Source: Salpingoeca rosetta (taxonomy: Eukaryota > Protista > Choanoflagellata). From it: DNA of 64,000 bases. Numbering within the stretch: position 1 is the stretch's first letter; each line of letters opens with the position of its first letter. This document shows positions 23,430-44,017 of this stretch, piece by piece. Both the position numbers and the translations under genes were made by a program. Location: contig JAWQFM010000020.1 of assembly GCA_033442325.1 (NCBI GenBank), positions 352,645-416,644 of the forward strand, read 5' to 3'. The notes under the pieces were generated by a model, which had not been told where the DNA came from, did not search any database, and saw nothing but the letters and a program-made list of their open reading frames with translations.

Positions 23430-24065
23430 ATGTTTGGCATTATCGGAAGTCTGTGGGAGTTTGTGACGTCCTTTGTGTGGGGACCGACTCCCGAACAAGT
23501 CATGGCATCGATTCGAGCCGGTGTGCTGCCCCAGCGCTTCATTCACACCGTTGCGCGCTGCAAGACCTACCCTGGCGGTCCTGAGCGCTTCCCTGTTCCA
23601 GACGCCAAAGTCGACTGGAAGGTGTGTGTGTGTGTGTGTGTTTGTGTTTGTGTGAGTGAGTGAGTGAGTGGTGTGTGTGTGTGTGTGTGTTTGTGTTTGT
23701 GTTTGTGTGAGTGAGTGAGTGGTGTGTGTGTGTGTGTGTATGTGTGTATGTGTGTGTGTGTGTGTGTGTGTTTTGCACTGTTTGATGTTGTCGAACTCAC
23801 GCTGTCTCTGTGCGACTCACGGTTGTCTCTCTGCATTGTGCGGTTTGCTCTCCTTTTCACGCTGTGCAGATCCCGTTCCCTGGCTATGCACCCGTCTTCT
23901 ACGAGGCCACCGTCGTGAAGAAGAAGCCGGTCTGGGCAGACGATCCAGACAACACCAAGCAAGTGCACTTCTGTTGCGTGCATACGTGTGTGTGCGTTTG
24001 TTTGTTGTGGTGCAGTACCAAGCAAGCACGCAGCAGTGCTTGTGCGCCTTGATCTTTTGTTCCTG

Positions 24066-24096
<31 letters not shown>

Positions 24097-24404
24097 ACAG
24101 GTCCATCACGTACAACGTTGTCGACAGCGTGCACAAGGTTGATCGTACCAGTGCCCACGGCCCCTACACCGTGACAAAGGAAGGACACCCACTGTACGTT
24201 GCTCATGATGTCTGTCGCACCGCCTCTGATGCGCGATATTGCTTTTCGTTCACCATGTTGCATTTAAAGGCGTGTTGTGGTTTGATTGCCGTTTGTCTCA
24301 ATGCACTCTTGCACACACACACACACACACACACACACTCTCTCTCTCCCTCTCACTCACACACAACCACACACAACCACACACAACCACACACAACCAC
24401 ACAC

Positions 24405-24439
<35 letters not shown>

Positions 24440-25342
24440 CCACACACACACTTACACAAACACCCCCCCCCTTACCCTTGCAGCAACCCCATGGGCCGGA
24501 CGGGCATCAAGGGGCGCGGGCTGCTGGGCCGATTTGGGCCAAACCACGCTGCAGACCCCGTCGTCACCCGCTGGAAGCGCAACCCGGTCACCCACGCCGT
24601 CGAGTACGACAAGGACGGCAACCCCATCCTGCAGTTTGTGGCCATCCTGCGCAAGGACTGCGGCCTGTGGGCGCTGCCCGGCGGCATGGTTGACCCCGGT
24701 GAGGTTGCCTCTGCCACGGTCAAGCGCGAGTTTGGCGAGGAGGCGCTGAATGCCCTGGAGCTGTCGCCGGCCGAGGCAGAGACGCTCAAGGGCGAGCTGG
24801 ACGAGCTCTTCCACCCCGACAGCGCCGTCGTCGCGTACAAGTGAGCCCCAGACGCTGGTTGCCGTGACGTGGGCTGGTGATGTGGCGGTTGCATGTGTGT
24901 GGTGGTCATGTGTGTGGGGATGGTTGAATGTGGTGGCGAATGAAGGCAGGCGGTTGGGAATGTGATGCAACGCGTGTTTGGAATGTGCAGGAAAGTGTGT
25001 TGAGTGACATGTTGTGTTACCGTGTTTTGTTCGCCTTGAGCAAAGCCATACCTTGCCCCCCTCCCCTCTCACCGACAACCCACAACACCCTACACTTGGC
25101 TGCACGCCGCCAGGGGCTATGTGGATGACCCGCGCAACACGGACAACGCGTGGATGGAGACGACGGCGGTGAGCATCCACGACAGCGACGGGTCCCTGCT
25201 GGACAAGTTTAAGCTCCAGGGCGGCGATGACGCGTCTGAGGCCAAGTGGGCCGACTACCACCCGGGCATGAAGCTGTACGCCAGCCACACCATGTTCATG
25301 GCCATTGCCTACGAGTACCGCAAGCGCGAGCTCCAGCAGTGA
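23430..25342 (+). CDS. NUDT9: ADP-ribose pyrophosphatase NUDT9
   Basis: [12 protein letters not shown]; PVWADDP; [32 protein letters not shown]; Nudix box [12 protein letters not shown]...KREFGEEA; [16 protein letters not shown]; LYASH. An additional upstream exon is possible. Confidence 0.95.
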
Positions 25343-26280
25343 TGGCCAAACTTACATCCACCCACACGTGTGTGACCGTGTAAACGTACACTTGCAACCA
25401 CTCACCCATACGACGCTTCACGTGCAGTTTCAACCTTCCCTGCAACCTTTACTGTGTTTTGTGTGCCCTGTGTTGGTCCTCTCCTCCTCCTCCCCAACTG
25501 TTTGATGTCTTACTGTCATGGTTCATACAAACACGCCGCATCCAGTGCTTGTGCCCTGTTTCTGCGTGCCTGCCTGCTCACTTGCTTGCCTTGTGTACAT
25601 TTGTTGCTGCCGCTGTTGCCTTTCAGTTGGTTTTAAGTGCACGCGCCTGTGTCCGCGAGCACCCCTGTTGCCGCTTCTTGTCTCTTCTTCTTTCTTTGTC
25701 TTCTGTGCTGTTGTCTCAGTTGGTGCTGCATAAACAGGAATGAACCGAAAGTTCACATGTGTGAAACGCACATCGTAGGATCACATCGTGGGAGGGAGGC
25801 AGCTTTTACTGCGCAGCACAGTGCCGCATATGAGCACAATCAGGACGACCGCACAGCCGTGCACGCCAAGATGAAGGGGAGGGGGAGACACACGAATACA
25901 CACAATGGTCAAGGGGGAACGTGCCACGAATAGACGAAGACACCACAGAAACGCAACAACAGTCAGCAACACACCGCCTCCGAGTGGCTGCTACAGACAA
26001 AGTGAAGACACACAGGAAGGGCAACTCCAGCGAGCAAGCAAGCAAGCAGGAGGAGCAGCGAACAGTCACAAACATGTGGCCGAGACCATGCTGTTCATGG
26101 CCCTCGATCACGCTGAAAGCTGGACAAGTAAAGGTAAAGAGGAAACAGCGCGTGGGCGTGTGTGTGTGTTTGGGGGGGGGGGGAGAGGGTTTACGTGAAT
26201 GTCAATGGTGGACGCGAGAGAGAGAGAGGGAGGAGGGTAGAGGGTGTTTGAGGTTTGTCGGTATGGTCGGTCGTGCTCCT

Positions 26281-26513
26281 TTACTCCTCCTTGGAACAGG
26301 GCAGATCCGAGTACAGCTTCTGCAAGAAGAAAACCGCAGCATGATTGCGCCAGGAAGAAACAGGGCAAGGGGGTCGTGTGAGTGAGTGAGTGTGTGTGTA
26401 TGTTGGGGGTTGGGAGTGGAAGCGGGGGGGGGGGAGACAGACGAGTGCATGTGCGTGTGTGTGAGTGTGTGCGCGCGCAGGCAAGTTCACGTACATCTTC
26501 ACACACACACACA

Positions 26514-26586
<73 letters not shown>

Positions 26587-26836
26587 CACGCACGCACACA
26601 CGCACACACAAGCGCGCACACACGCACACACAAGCGCGCACACACACCACGCGCTCGCACGCACACACACACACACACACACGCACTGTACGCACCCCTG
26701 CGTTCCGCGACTGGAAGTAGCCGTCAGTGAGGGGGTTGAAGATGCGCTCAAACACAAAGCATCCACCAAAGATGAAGACGAGAGTCGTGGACTGACGGCG
26801 GAACACCGTCTGGTACATGGTCTTTGCGAAAGACAT
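26281..26836 (-). CDS. UQCR10: Cytochrome b-c1 complex subunit 9 (59 aa; exons 26836-26696 and 26319-26281)
   Basis: MSFAKTMYQTVFRRQSTTLVFIFGGCFVFERIFNPLTDGYFQSRNAG|KLYSDLPCSKEE*, matching the QCR9 pattern (Y-x-x-x-F-R-R-x-S-T...FER...N-x-GKLW) with a GT-AG intron. Confidence 0.93.
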
Positions 26837-27333
26837 GGCTGTTGTTGTGTTCGGTGCTGCAACGCAAAGAAAGTTCGTCACTGTCCTGCAACAACCAGAG
26901 CAACAGCAACGTTTGTGCATGAGTGTGTGTGTGTGAGTGAGTGCTTGAGTGTGGGTGTGCTAATAGGCAGGTGGCCACGCTTCTCTCACCATCGCCACGA
27001 CTGCAATGCCCTCTCAGCAGCCAGCATCCACATCCGCAACCACACGCATCACCACCACCGTCGTCTTGGTTGGTTGTCTCACGTTTGCCTTGTTCGATGA
27101 AATAAATGTATATTTCGCACAGGAACTAACAGACAGCCATACTATCCACCAGAGCACACAAATGCGTCCTGACGCCAGCGCCAGTGGTGTGTCTGGAGTG
27201 TGTGGAGTGTGTGGAGTGTGGTGGTGTGCACGCGTCTTGCTTGTGCAATGCTTGCTTGCTTGCTTGCTCGCTTGGCTGCGGGAAGAAGGAACAGTATAAA
27301 CACTGTCTTGACCACACTGTTGAGCGCGCGCGC

Positions 27334-30435
<3,102 letters not shown>

Positions 30436-30579
30436 CTTCGTTGATGTGATGTTTGTCGTTTGATGTGTGACATGATCTGATGACAAGGTGACATGCCGTG
30501 ATGGTGGATGGGTTGATCTAACCTACGGAGAGACACAGAGTAGGAAACGGAAGCGCGTACACAGACGCGCAGACATAGA

Positions 30580-30653
<74 letters not shown>

Positions 30654-30676
30654 GTCTTGGTTTGACGGGTTTAGCC

Positions 30677-33291
<2,615 letters not shown>

Positions 33292-33350
33292 CGCGGCTGG
33301 TGTTGTTGTTGGTGGAGTTTGGGAGAAATGCACACAAATCATCGGCGAAG

Positions 33351-35134
<1,784 letters not shown>

Positions 35135-35765
35135 GAGACGGAGCACTGGCACGGCAACCATCACACACACACCCAGGAAGCCGCCAAGCACATGCCAGGC
35201 GTGGAACGCCTTGGGAGTGCTGTTCACGCTCACGCCTCATGTTCACGCCGCAATCACAATACCAGGGCTGTGAGTGAAGAACAGCAGCAACATTGCAGCA
35301 GCAGCGGTTGGATAACGCATGACACCACACCAGCTCAAGAGTACCTACAGTGACCATGAATTTGGCTGGCTGGCTTTTCGTGCATGGCGTACGTCGTCCA
35401 GATTCTCGATATGACACGCACCGCTCCCCCAGCCGGACACACGACCGCACTGAGCAGACAGCAACCAGTGCACAGCGTATTTATTTGCTAGTAACGAACA
35501 CGCACGCTCGCGCACACTCATGCACTTCAGCACACACAACCACAGCTATATACATGGTGGTACAACCACGCACGTGCACGCACACACACACAGCGATACA
35601 GCGACACACACACACATACACATACACAGCGATACAGCGACACACACACACACACGGCGCACACACGGCGCACACACGGCGCACACACTGTACACGTGCA
35701 CATACATGCAAGCACCCGCCACCTCTCCTTTCTTTTTCCCTCTCCCCACTTTCCCCTGTGTCGGG

Positions 35766-38221
35766 TTACTTGTACGCCCTGACATAATCGATGACATGGT
35801 AGACCGGGTACAATGCATCTGGTCCGGGCGGGAAATACCACGCGACGGCTGTGTCCAGGATCAAATAAAATGGGTCTGTGTGGATGCACATGTCATGTGA
35901 ATGTTGTGGTGTGGATGGATGAGGCGATGAGAGCGCGCGCGCGTAGCAAAATGTCAAAACTGCCGTTGTGGCATTCGTGTGAGCCCTGTCGCTGTGCTGG
36001 CGCGCAGCCGTGCGATGCGACCCTTGAGCAGCAGGCAAAAGACATGTCGCTGCGACGTTCTCACGGAGCGCATACGCTTGTACCTTGTGGAATGGACACC
36101 TCGTTGGCCGTCTTGACATGATAGCACTCATCGTCAACGAAGAAGGCCATTGTCGTTTCGTTCCACTCCACAGCATATGTGTGAAATTCTGAGGTCACAC
36201 ATCACATCACCACCACAACACAGGCAATAAATGCACGAACAGAGCAGCGAAAGGGGCAGAAGAGGCACGAATCAAGGAGAGCAAACGCCAAGAACAACAT
36301 CCAATGCCCAGACAGTACAACAGTGCTGTTGTGACGTGCATTCAGGCAACTTCATTTCCCATGCGTCTTGGCTTCTGTTCCGTTGTTGTGATATGTAATC
36401 CCAACTCAAAGTACGGCACATGACCTCACAGCACATTGTGTTGCTGATCCTTCCTCACCTGTAAAGTCAACACTGCCGGCACGAAACTCGGGTGGATACA
36501 TGCTGCCAGGCAAAGGCTGCTTGTCATCGCCACAGGATGGGCCCCACCTACAGGGTGGTGGTGTCGTTGTTGTTTGGAGCAAGCCCAATAGCACACATGC
36601 ATGAGTACGTGGCAGCGTGGCAGTGACCATTCAGCAAATGACAGGAGCATGCACAGCAGCCTGCTGTTGGGTCGGCAGAGGGTCTGTTCATCGACAATGG
36701 CAAGAAAGTACAAAACAAAAAACACCGACACGCCAGCGAGGTTCTGCGCGACTGTTGCAGTCTTACCGAAACGTGGCAAAGACAGCATCCACGAATGGGT
36801 TGGCTGTGTACTCGAACACGTCGATTTCACCTGGACATGGCGTGGTGTGAGTCAACACAACAAAGCCTTATAAGCACAACCGCTAAGCAACATAATAAGT
36901 TGTGATGGCCTTTTGTAGCCTCGTGGGCAAGATACAGCCCCCTCTTGTTCCCACATCACAACACATGGGACATGACATCATCAGGTACAAACCGAATGGT
37001 CACACAGGGCATAGAACTCGGGAGGAAACGCAGAGTTGGCGCAAGCTCAAAGGTAGGGTTGCAGCTCGCTTATGCTGGCCAACATGGTTCAATTCACATC
37101 CTACATGGCACAGTGCTGCTCATTGTTCACGCACCACCGACTGGCCAGCACACGTCGACCGGCGACGCGGTGGAAGGGTTTGGCATGAGCCAGAATGCGG
37201 GCCAGATGCCTGTGGAGCGACGATCCGGCAGAGACGCGTTAATCTCAAACCGCCCAAAGCGCTGATACCAACGCTCCTTCGTATCGACCCAGCCGCTTGT
37301 GAAGTTGAACACCTGTCCTCCTGGACCCACGACGCGCTCCCGATCGGTCCTGCAGCATGTCATTGTTTTGATTGGGGGGAGGGAGGAGGGGAAACGGGAA
37401 GTGTGGTGGGGGGGGGGGGGTGAGTCCAACGGCCACATACGCATAGTTAGTGCGATTAAACATACGGCAACGAAGGCCGAGGGATGTGGCGGGAAATGTA
37501 GAAAGAAGTGCACAGGGAAAGAGGGAAATGCATGCAGACACAAACAAACTGACAGCCAGACAGCCAGACAGCCAGACAGCCAGACAGCCAGACGCACAAC
37601 ATGCAGACAAACAGACAGGCAAACAAACACACACACACACAGACGCACAACAGGCAGACAGACAGACAGACATACATACAAACGCACAAACACACACACG
37701 CACAAACACACAAACAGAGACACACACAGACACACATACATACAAACTAACTAACAAACAAACAAACAAACAAACAGACAGACATACATACATACATACA
37801 TACATACAAACATACATACATACATACAGACAGACAGACATACAGACAGACAGACAGAACCACCCCCCCCCCCACACACACACGCCGCACACACTCACTT
37901 GAGGACGAGGGAGCCATTTGCGACGTAGACGTTCTTGGAGAGGTAAAGCTGCGGCTCGCATGGCTCGCAGTGTGTCTGATTCTGGCGCACTTCCCACCTC
38001 GATGTGTTCAGTCCCTCGGAGAAGTTGTCCTCCAACGTCAGCGTCCAATTGCGACGAACCAGGGACTTGCACAAGTCTGCATCGTTGCCAACGCCTTTCT
38101 CTCCCACTGCCTTCACTGCTGGTCCCCACAGCTGCCGCTGCCTCGCATCACAACACGAAGCAGCGACAAGGAGGACAGCCAACACCACCGCACACCACCG
38201 CGCCGTCATCGCCGCTGCCAT
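35766..38221 (-). CDS. Secreted glycoside hydrolase family 16 (laminarinase/beta-1,3-glucanase-like), multi-exon
   Basis: Signal peptide; LEDNFS; FTSGWVDT...FGRFEINASLP...GIWPAFWLMP...WPVGG|EIDVFE (ExDxxE catalytic motif); FHTYAVEW; PFYLILDTA; IDYVRAY. The exact 3' end is uncertain. Confidence 0.93.
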
Positions 38222-38315
38222 TTTGTTTGTTTTTTGGGTTTGCTTGCAGGCAAAACCACGAAACAAACAAACAGGTTTATTTTTTGCTGTCGTCAACACA
38301 CCCCACCCACCCACG

Positions 38316-38573
38316 ATGCTGCTGCTGAGGACTGTCGTCGCGACAACTGCTGCTGTGGTTGTGGCGCTGCTGTGCTGCGTCGCTCTGGTGCCGCCATCAG
38401 CAGCAGCAGCTTCAGCTTCAGGTGAGATGGTGGATGTTGATACAGGGGATGAGGGGAGACAAGGAATCCGTGTGTATGTGTGTGTGTGTGTTGTGTGTTG
38501 TGGAGAGGTTAGGCGGGGTCACGAGAGGTCGAAGGCAACATGAGTTGCGAATGCACGAGAAGATTGTGCTCTG

Positions 38574-38624
<51 letters not shown>

Positions 38625-39514
38625 ACACGCTCACACTCACCACCAATCGCCATTGCCATCAACAATGGCACAGGTCGCTACAACATCGAGCACCGATCTT
38701 ACAGAGTGGCTCGGTCTCCGTCAGTGAGTGCACACCCCAACCTGAATTTCTTGCTGTGCAGCTGAGCTTGATCTGCACACGCTACACACGTGCACACTTG
38801 CTCGTCGTTTGTGCTTACTTGGGACATGTGATCTTGCCGTCATCTATCCCCAGCTCACCCGTCCCTCCGCCCTACCCACATGCACACACACACACACACA
38901 CGCACGCACTCGCAGACTGTGAGCATCAACTCAACACACGATTACTACGGCCTCCGGTTGTACCCGGCCCTAGGTGACAGCGGCGACAACTACTGGCTAC
39001 AGCCAGATGACACGTACGTCAAGTCACCCGTGATTAGCGCCAATGATGTGTTAACTCAAGAACTCAGCCTTTCATTCACATCTTGTCCCTCTATCCTGAT
39101 CAGTTGAACCTTCCTCCACTGCAGCACACACACACACACACACATACACATGCACACAACACGCTCGTCTTGTCATCTCACGCAAGTGTGTGCAACCTTC
39201 CTGTTATGTGTACATTTGTACATGTGTTAGATGGGACGAATATCGCGCACAGTATCGGTCCTATGTGTCTGTGCCTCTCTCGTTTAGCTTTCCATTCTAC
39301 GGTGTCGACACACGCCTAATTCACATTGCATCTGGAGGTGAGTCGATGAAACTTGGGTTGGCAGCTCAGGTGCAATATCCATCGCTCCATGCCGTGTGCC
39401 CTTGCTACCTCTCCATTCTACTGTGCTTGCGTGCATGCAACACAATAACACAACACACCCGACACACACACACACACACACAATACATTTTGTACTCGTG
39501 CTTGCAGGCATTTC

Positions 39515-39563
<49 letters not shown>

Positions 39564-40900
39564 ATTTGCTGCTGGACAAAGGCTTTGTGTCCACGGTGCC
39601 AGGTGACAAGGACGCGTGGCCTGTGACTGTGGAGTCGTATTACATTGCGCCGTTGCTGGCTGATTTTGACCATGGAAACACCACAGAGGAGACTGTTGCC
39701 TTCAAGGACTTTGGTGACACCTTTGTTGTGCAGTGGCGCGGTGTGGTGCTGCACACGCGCCAAACACCAGAACCCTACAGCTTCCAATGCGTTCTCAAGC
39801 GAGACGGCACCATCCAATTCTACTACAAGGAGGTGAGAGACGAAACACACGCACCGTGAAGCACAAGCGCCGTCGTTTCTACAGGAATTTGCTTGCTCTT
39901 GTGTTGAGGCAATGCTGGTGCAGGTAACCTGCATGCGAAAGCACGCACATTCACGCCATCTTGCGTTTCGTCTCCAGCTTTTGCGCTCATATATTGTGCG
40001 TCAGCCGCGCAGCACAGCACACATGCCTTAAACACATGCCTTGAACTTGCACCCACTCACGAGCTCAATCGCTCGCCTGCACCCATATTCGACCCCGTTT
40101 GCTGTCGCAGGTTCCACTGGCCCCAAACTTGATTCGCATCGACAGCGATAACAGACACCCCGTCGAGGTACCCTCCAGCAGTTGCATGTGTGATGCCATC
40201 ATAACGTCTGCACTCCACCGACCTTCTGTGTCTCGAGTGTTTGTCACAACTCTGCTGCTGTTGTATGCCCGAGGCCAAAATGTCTTTTCGCTGCCGCCGT
40301 GCACAGCTCCCCACCCACACACTCTCATGAAAGCAACGGCATCCTTCACACTCTCACATATTGCAACCTGCCGATCTCATTCCCGTTGATAAACGCTCTC
40401 CAGGTCGGGCTGGCGGACTCATACACGCGCGTTTTGACTGTTGATGGGGCGGATGTTACTGTTCGCTACGATTATCATTCCATCGACGTGCCGAAGGCCA
40501 AGATTCAGAACACAACGTTTATTGTCTTTGACCCTCTCCCGAGTAAGCTGGCAAGCGATGTGTCGGGCTCTGATACAATCACAGCGCACCTCGTACCGCA
40601 CCGCACGTCTATGAGTGTTTGCTTCGTCCTACAAGTACACGAGTACAAGAGTACAAGAGCGCACACAACACCTCCTCTCATCATCGTGCCCACAGCTCAC
40701 TGCCATCCACCCACTTATCTTGGTCACTTGCTCTTTGTGGTTTACAGCGTGCAACTCGTATTCGACGTGTCGCACGTGCGCGCAGCACGATACCGTGTTT
40801 GACTGCGTCTGGTGTCCAGCGCTTGGTGAGTGTGCCTTTTTCCTTGCGAATAGGGTTCCTGCTGTTGTGCGTCTCTGTGTGTATATGTGCGCTTGTGCGC

Positions 40901-40958
<58 letters not shown>

Positions 40959-42336
40959 GTTATGCTTTCCTCTCCCGTGGATGTGCATGTGCGTCTCTGT
41001 CTCCTCCCTCCCCCTATCGCTATCTCAATCCCACGTCCAAGCAGAGTTTTTGCACTCGTGTCCTCACATCTTGAGGGTTGTGGTTGTGGTTGCGTTGCTC
41101 TGCCTGCTCGCATGTCATGTCGTGCGCCTGGGACAGCGCGCTGCAGTGATGGGTTTGACCGCTATCGCGATGAGTTCCTGACTGCGGACTGCGACACCGA
41201 CGTCAGTTCCTGCGATTGCTTTGAATGTTGGAATACCCAAAGCACGAGCAGCCGGCTTCGTTTGACTATCAACTGCTTTGTGACCTACCCTTACCTTTCC
41301 ACACGCGCACACCTTCACTGACCCTCATGCACACATGTCGATGATAGAACATCTCTCCGGAAGAAATTGATCAATGCACCGAACCAGTGACAGGTTAGAT
41401 GCTGTTTTGTCTGCGAGCTTGTCTGCCCTAGTGCCCTGCTGCAGTACTTTCTTCCTTCTGCCTCTTTTCTTCTCCACGAGTCCTCCTTCATTCAGTCATC
41501 TCTCTTTTTTTTTTTTTTTGCATGTCTAGACACGTATGTGTACAAGTTTGCGTGGCCCGCCACCAACTTTTCGGATGACTGCTGGTACTGGCTCGGGATT
41601 CGCGTCGACCATGATGTCTCCTTGTTCGAAGGTGTGTGTGTGTGTGAGGGCGCGTGCGTATGTTGTGTGTTGTGGTGTGTTTTTGTGTGTTGTGTTGTGT
41701 TGTGTTGTGTGTGTGTGTGTGTGTTGTGTTGTGTTGTGTATGTGTTGTGTTGTGTTGTGTTGTGTTGTGTTGTGTTGTGTTGTGTTGTGTTGTGTTGTGT
41801 TGTGTTGTGTTGTGTTGTGTTGTGTTGTGTTGTGTTGTGTTGTGTTGTGTATGTGTGTGTTCTTGACGTGCGCGCCTTTCGGGTGCTCATGTTTCTCTTA
41901 ATCGCCCTCCCCCCTCCATTTCCAACCCACCCCCCTTTGCTACGGTCCTCTTCAGATCGGTCCGTTTCGCCGAGCGAAGAAGGCGCGGGCGTCACCGTGT
42001 CGTTCGCCCTTTCCCTGACGAAAGCAGACAGCATCCACGTGCTCAACCACCTCACCGCCGGTTCGTGTTGTGTTGTGAGCAGCAAACCACGAGCAGCGCG
42101 CTGTGTGCGCGCGCGCGCGTGTGTGTGTCTTATCAGTTTCCCCATTCATATCAGCACAAGACCACTTGCTGCTGCCTTGACTTGCTTGTGTTGCATGCGT
42201 TGCTGTCCCATCATTTTGTGCTATGAATCACCAACTCTCATTCCACCCCGGCAGACCTCCCTCTTCGGTGTGATGGCACCACACTCGCTGTCTCCAACGC
42301 GCAGCGACAAGCACCTTCAGGTGAGAGCATACATGC

Positions 42337-42373
<37 letters not shown>

Positions 42374-42405
42374 CACACACACACACACACGACACACGAC
42401 ACACG

Positions 42406-42483
<78 letters not shown>

Positions 42484-43268
42484 CACACAACACAACATGC
42501 ACATTTTACTTTGCTCCTTTGTGCTGTTCATGTGCGGGCCATGCCCTTGTGCACCGCACACTGCACGGTGCATGTTGAAGCTAACAATGTCACGTGCTGA
42601 CTCCATCGTTCGTTCTGATTGTCATGTTGGCTCACCGCTTGCCGCTGGCGTTTCTTCTTGGTTCGTTCTGTCCAACTTGCAGGCTCCGCGACTGTATCAA
42701 CAGAGACCATCATCCTGATTTCCTGCGCTGGTGTCCTTGCCATCCTTCTCAGTACGTTTGGCGTGTGTGCGTGTGCGTGTGCGTGTGTGCGTGTGTGCGT
42801 GTGCGTGTGTGCGTGTGTGCGTGTGCGTGCGTCTACGTGTGTGCATGTCTGCATGTGTGCGTGTGCGTGCGTCAACGTGTGTGCATATCTGTATGTGTGC
42901 GTGTGCGTGCGTCTACGTGTGTGTGTGTGTCTGCCTCTGCATGAGCTAATGGTGCGCCGTTGCTGTTGGGTTGTTTTTCCACACACATTTCAGTTGCCAT
43001 AATGGGCGTGCTGTTCTATGGCTACTCGAACCCAACGACTCCGCTCGGGCAATGGATGATCCGCCACCGCCGCTGTCGAGGTGAGATGGCGGCGTGTGCG
43101 AAAGCGCGAGCGCGCAGAAACCTGAGGGATGGAAGGATTGAGATGAATGGTGGAGTGCTTACAATGGGCTGCATGCATGCCTTGTCACTCGAAGCACACA
43201 TTGTTCCACACATATTGCACACATTGTTACACATATTGCACACTCACACAACACACACACACACACAC

Positions 43269-43302
<34 letters not shown>

Positions 43303-43317
43303 CACACACACGCACAC

Positions 43318-43388
<71 letters not shown>

Positions 43389-43830
43389 GCACACAGGGCT
43401 GTGCTGTTCTGGAGCGGATGTTGATGCTGCCGGGAATGGCGGGGATGACCGCGAGGCATTACAAGACACCCCTGTGGACACAGCAGCGCCCAGCGCTCAC
43501 CCAGCCGATCCCACCTCTCCCCAGCAAGAACCAGCAAGAAGAAGCAAGTGCAGCTTGAAGAACACGCACACACTCACGCATATTCACACACATATTGTTG
43601 GTGATAAGCCACCACCACCACCACCACCACCAGCACCCCTCCCACTCCCACTCTCTGCAACTATTACTACATCTTCCCACCACCACCACCAGCACCAGCA
43701 CTCGTTTGCTTCCCCACACAGCATCTGTGGTGCCTTGCTTCTGGCACTGGCCACTCACCCACCCGACTGCTTTGTTGGAGAGTGTGTGTGTGTGTGTGAC
43801 ACATCAATATCCTCAAGTACACCTCAGTAA
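38316..43830 (+). CDS. Plexin domain-containing (PLXDC1/2, TEM7-like) type I membrane protein: NIDO-like + PSI + TM, multi-exon
   Basis: Signal peptide; LSFSFPFYG...IASG|GFV; [10 protein letters not shown]; FVVQW; [17 protein letters not shown]|VP; HPVE|VGLAD; YHSID; PSI cysteines C..C..C...CVWC...[10 protein letters not shown]; TM then [18 protein letters not shown]. The 3' end is tentative. Confidence 0.85.
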
Positions 43831-44017
43831 CAAAGCGTCATTGAACCCAACAAGCCCCGAGCACAGAGTCCACCGTCTCACGGCATCTTGTGGCATGTCA
43901 TATCATGTCACATCACATCACTCACAACCATGCTCCAAAACGCTGCACAAACAAACCAGCAAAACGCCCACTCACCACAACAACAACAGCACACCACCTC
44001 GAGCACCACCACCCACC

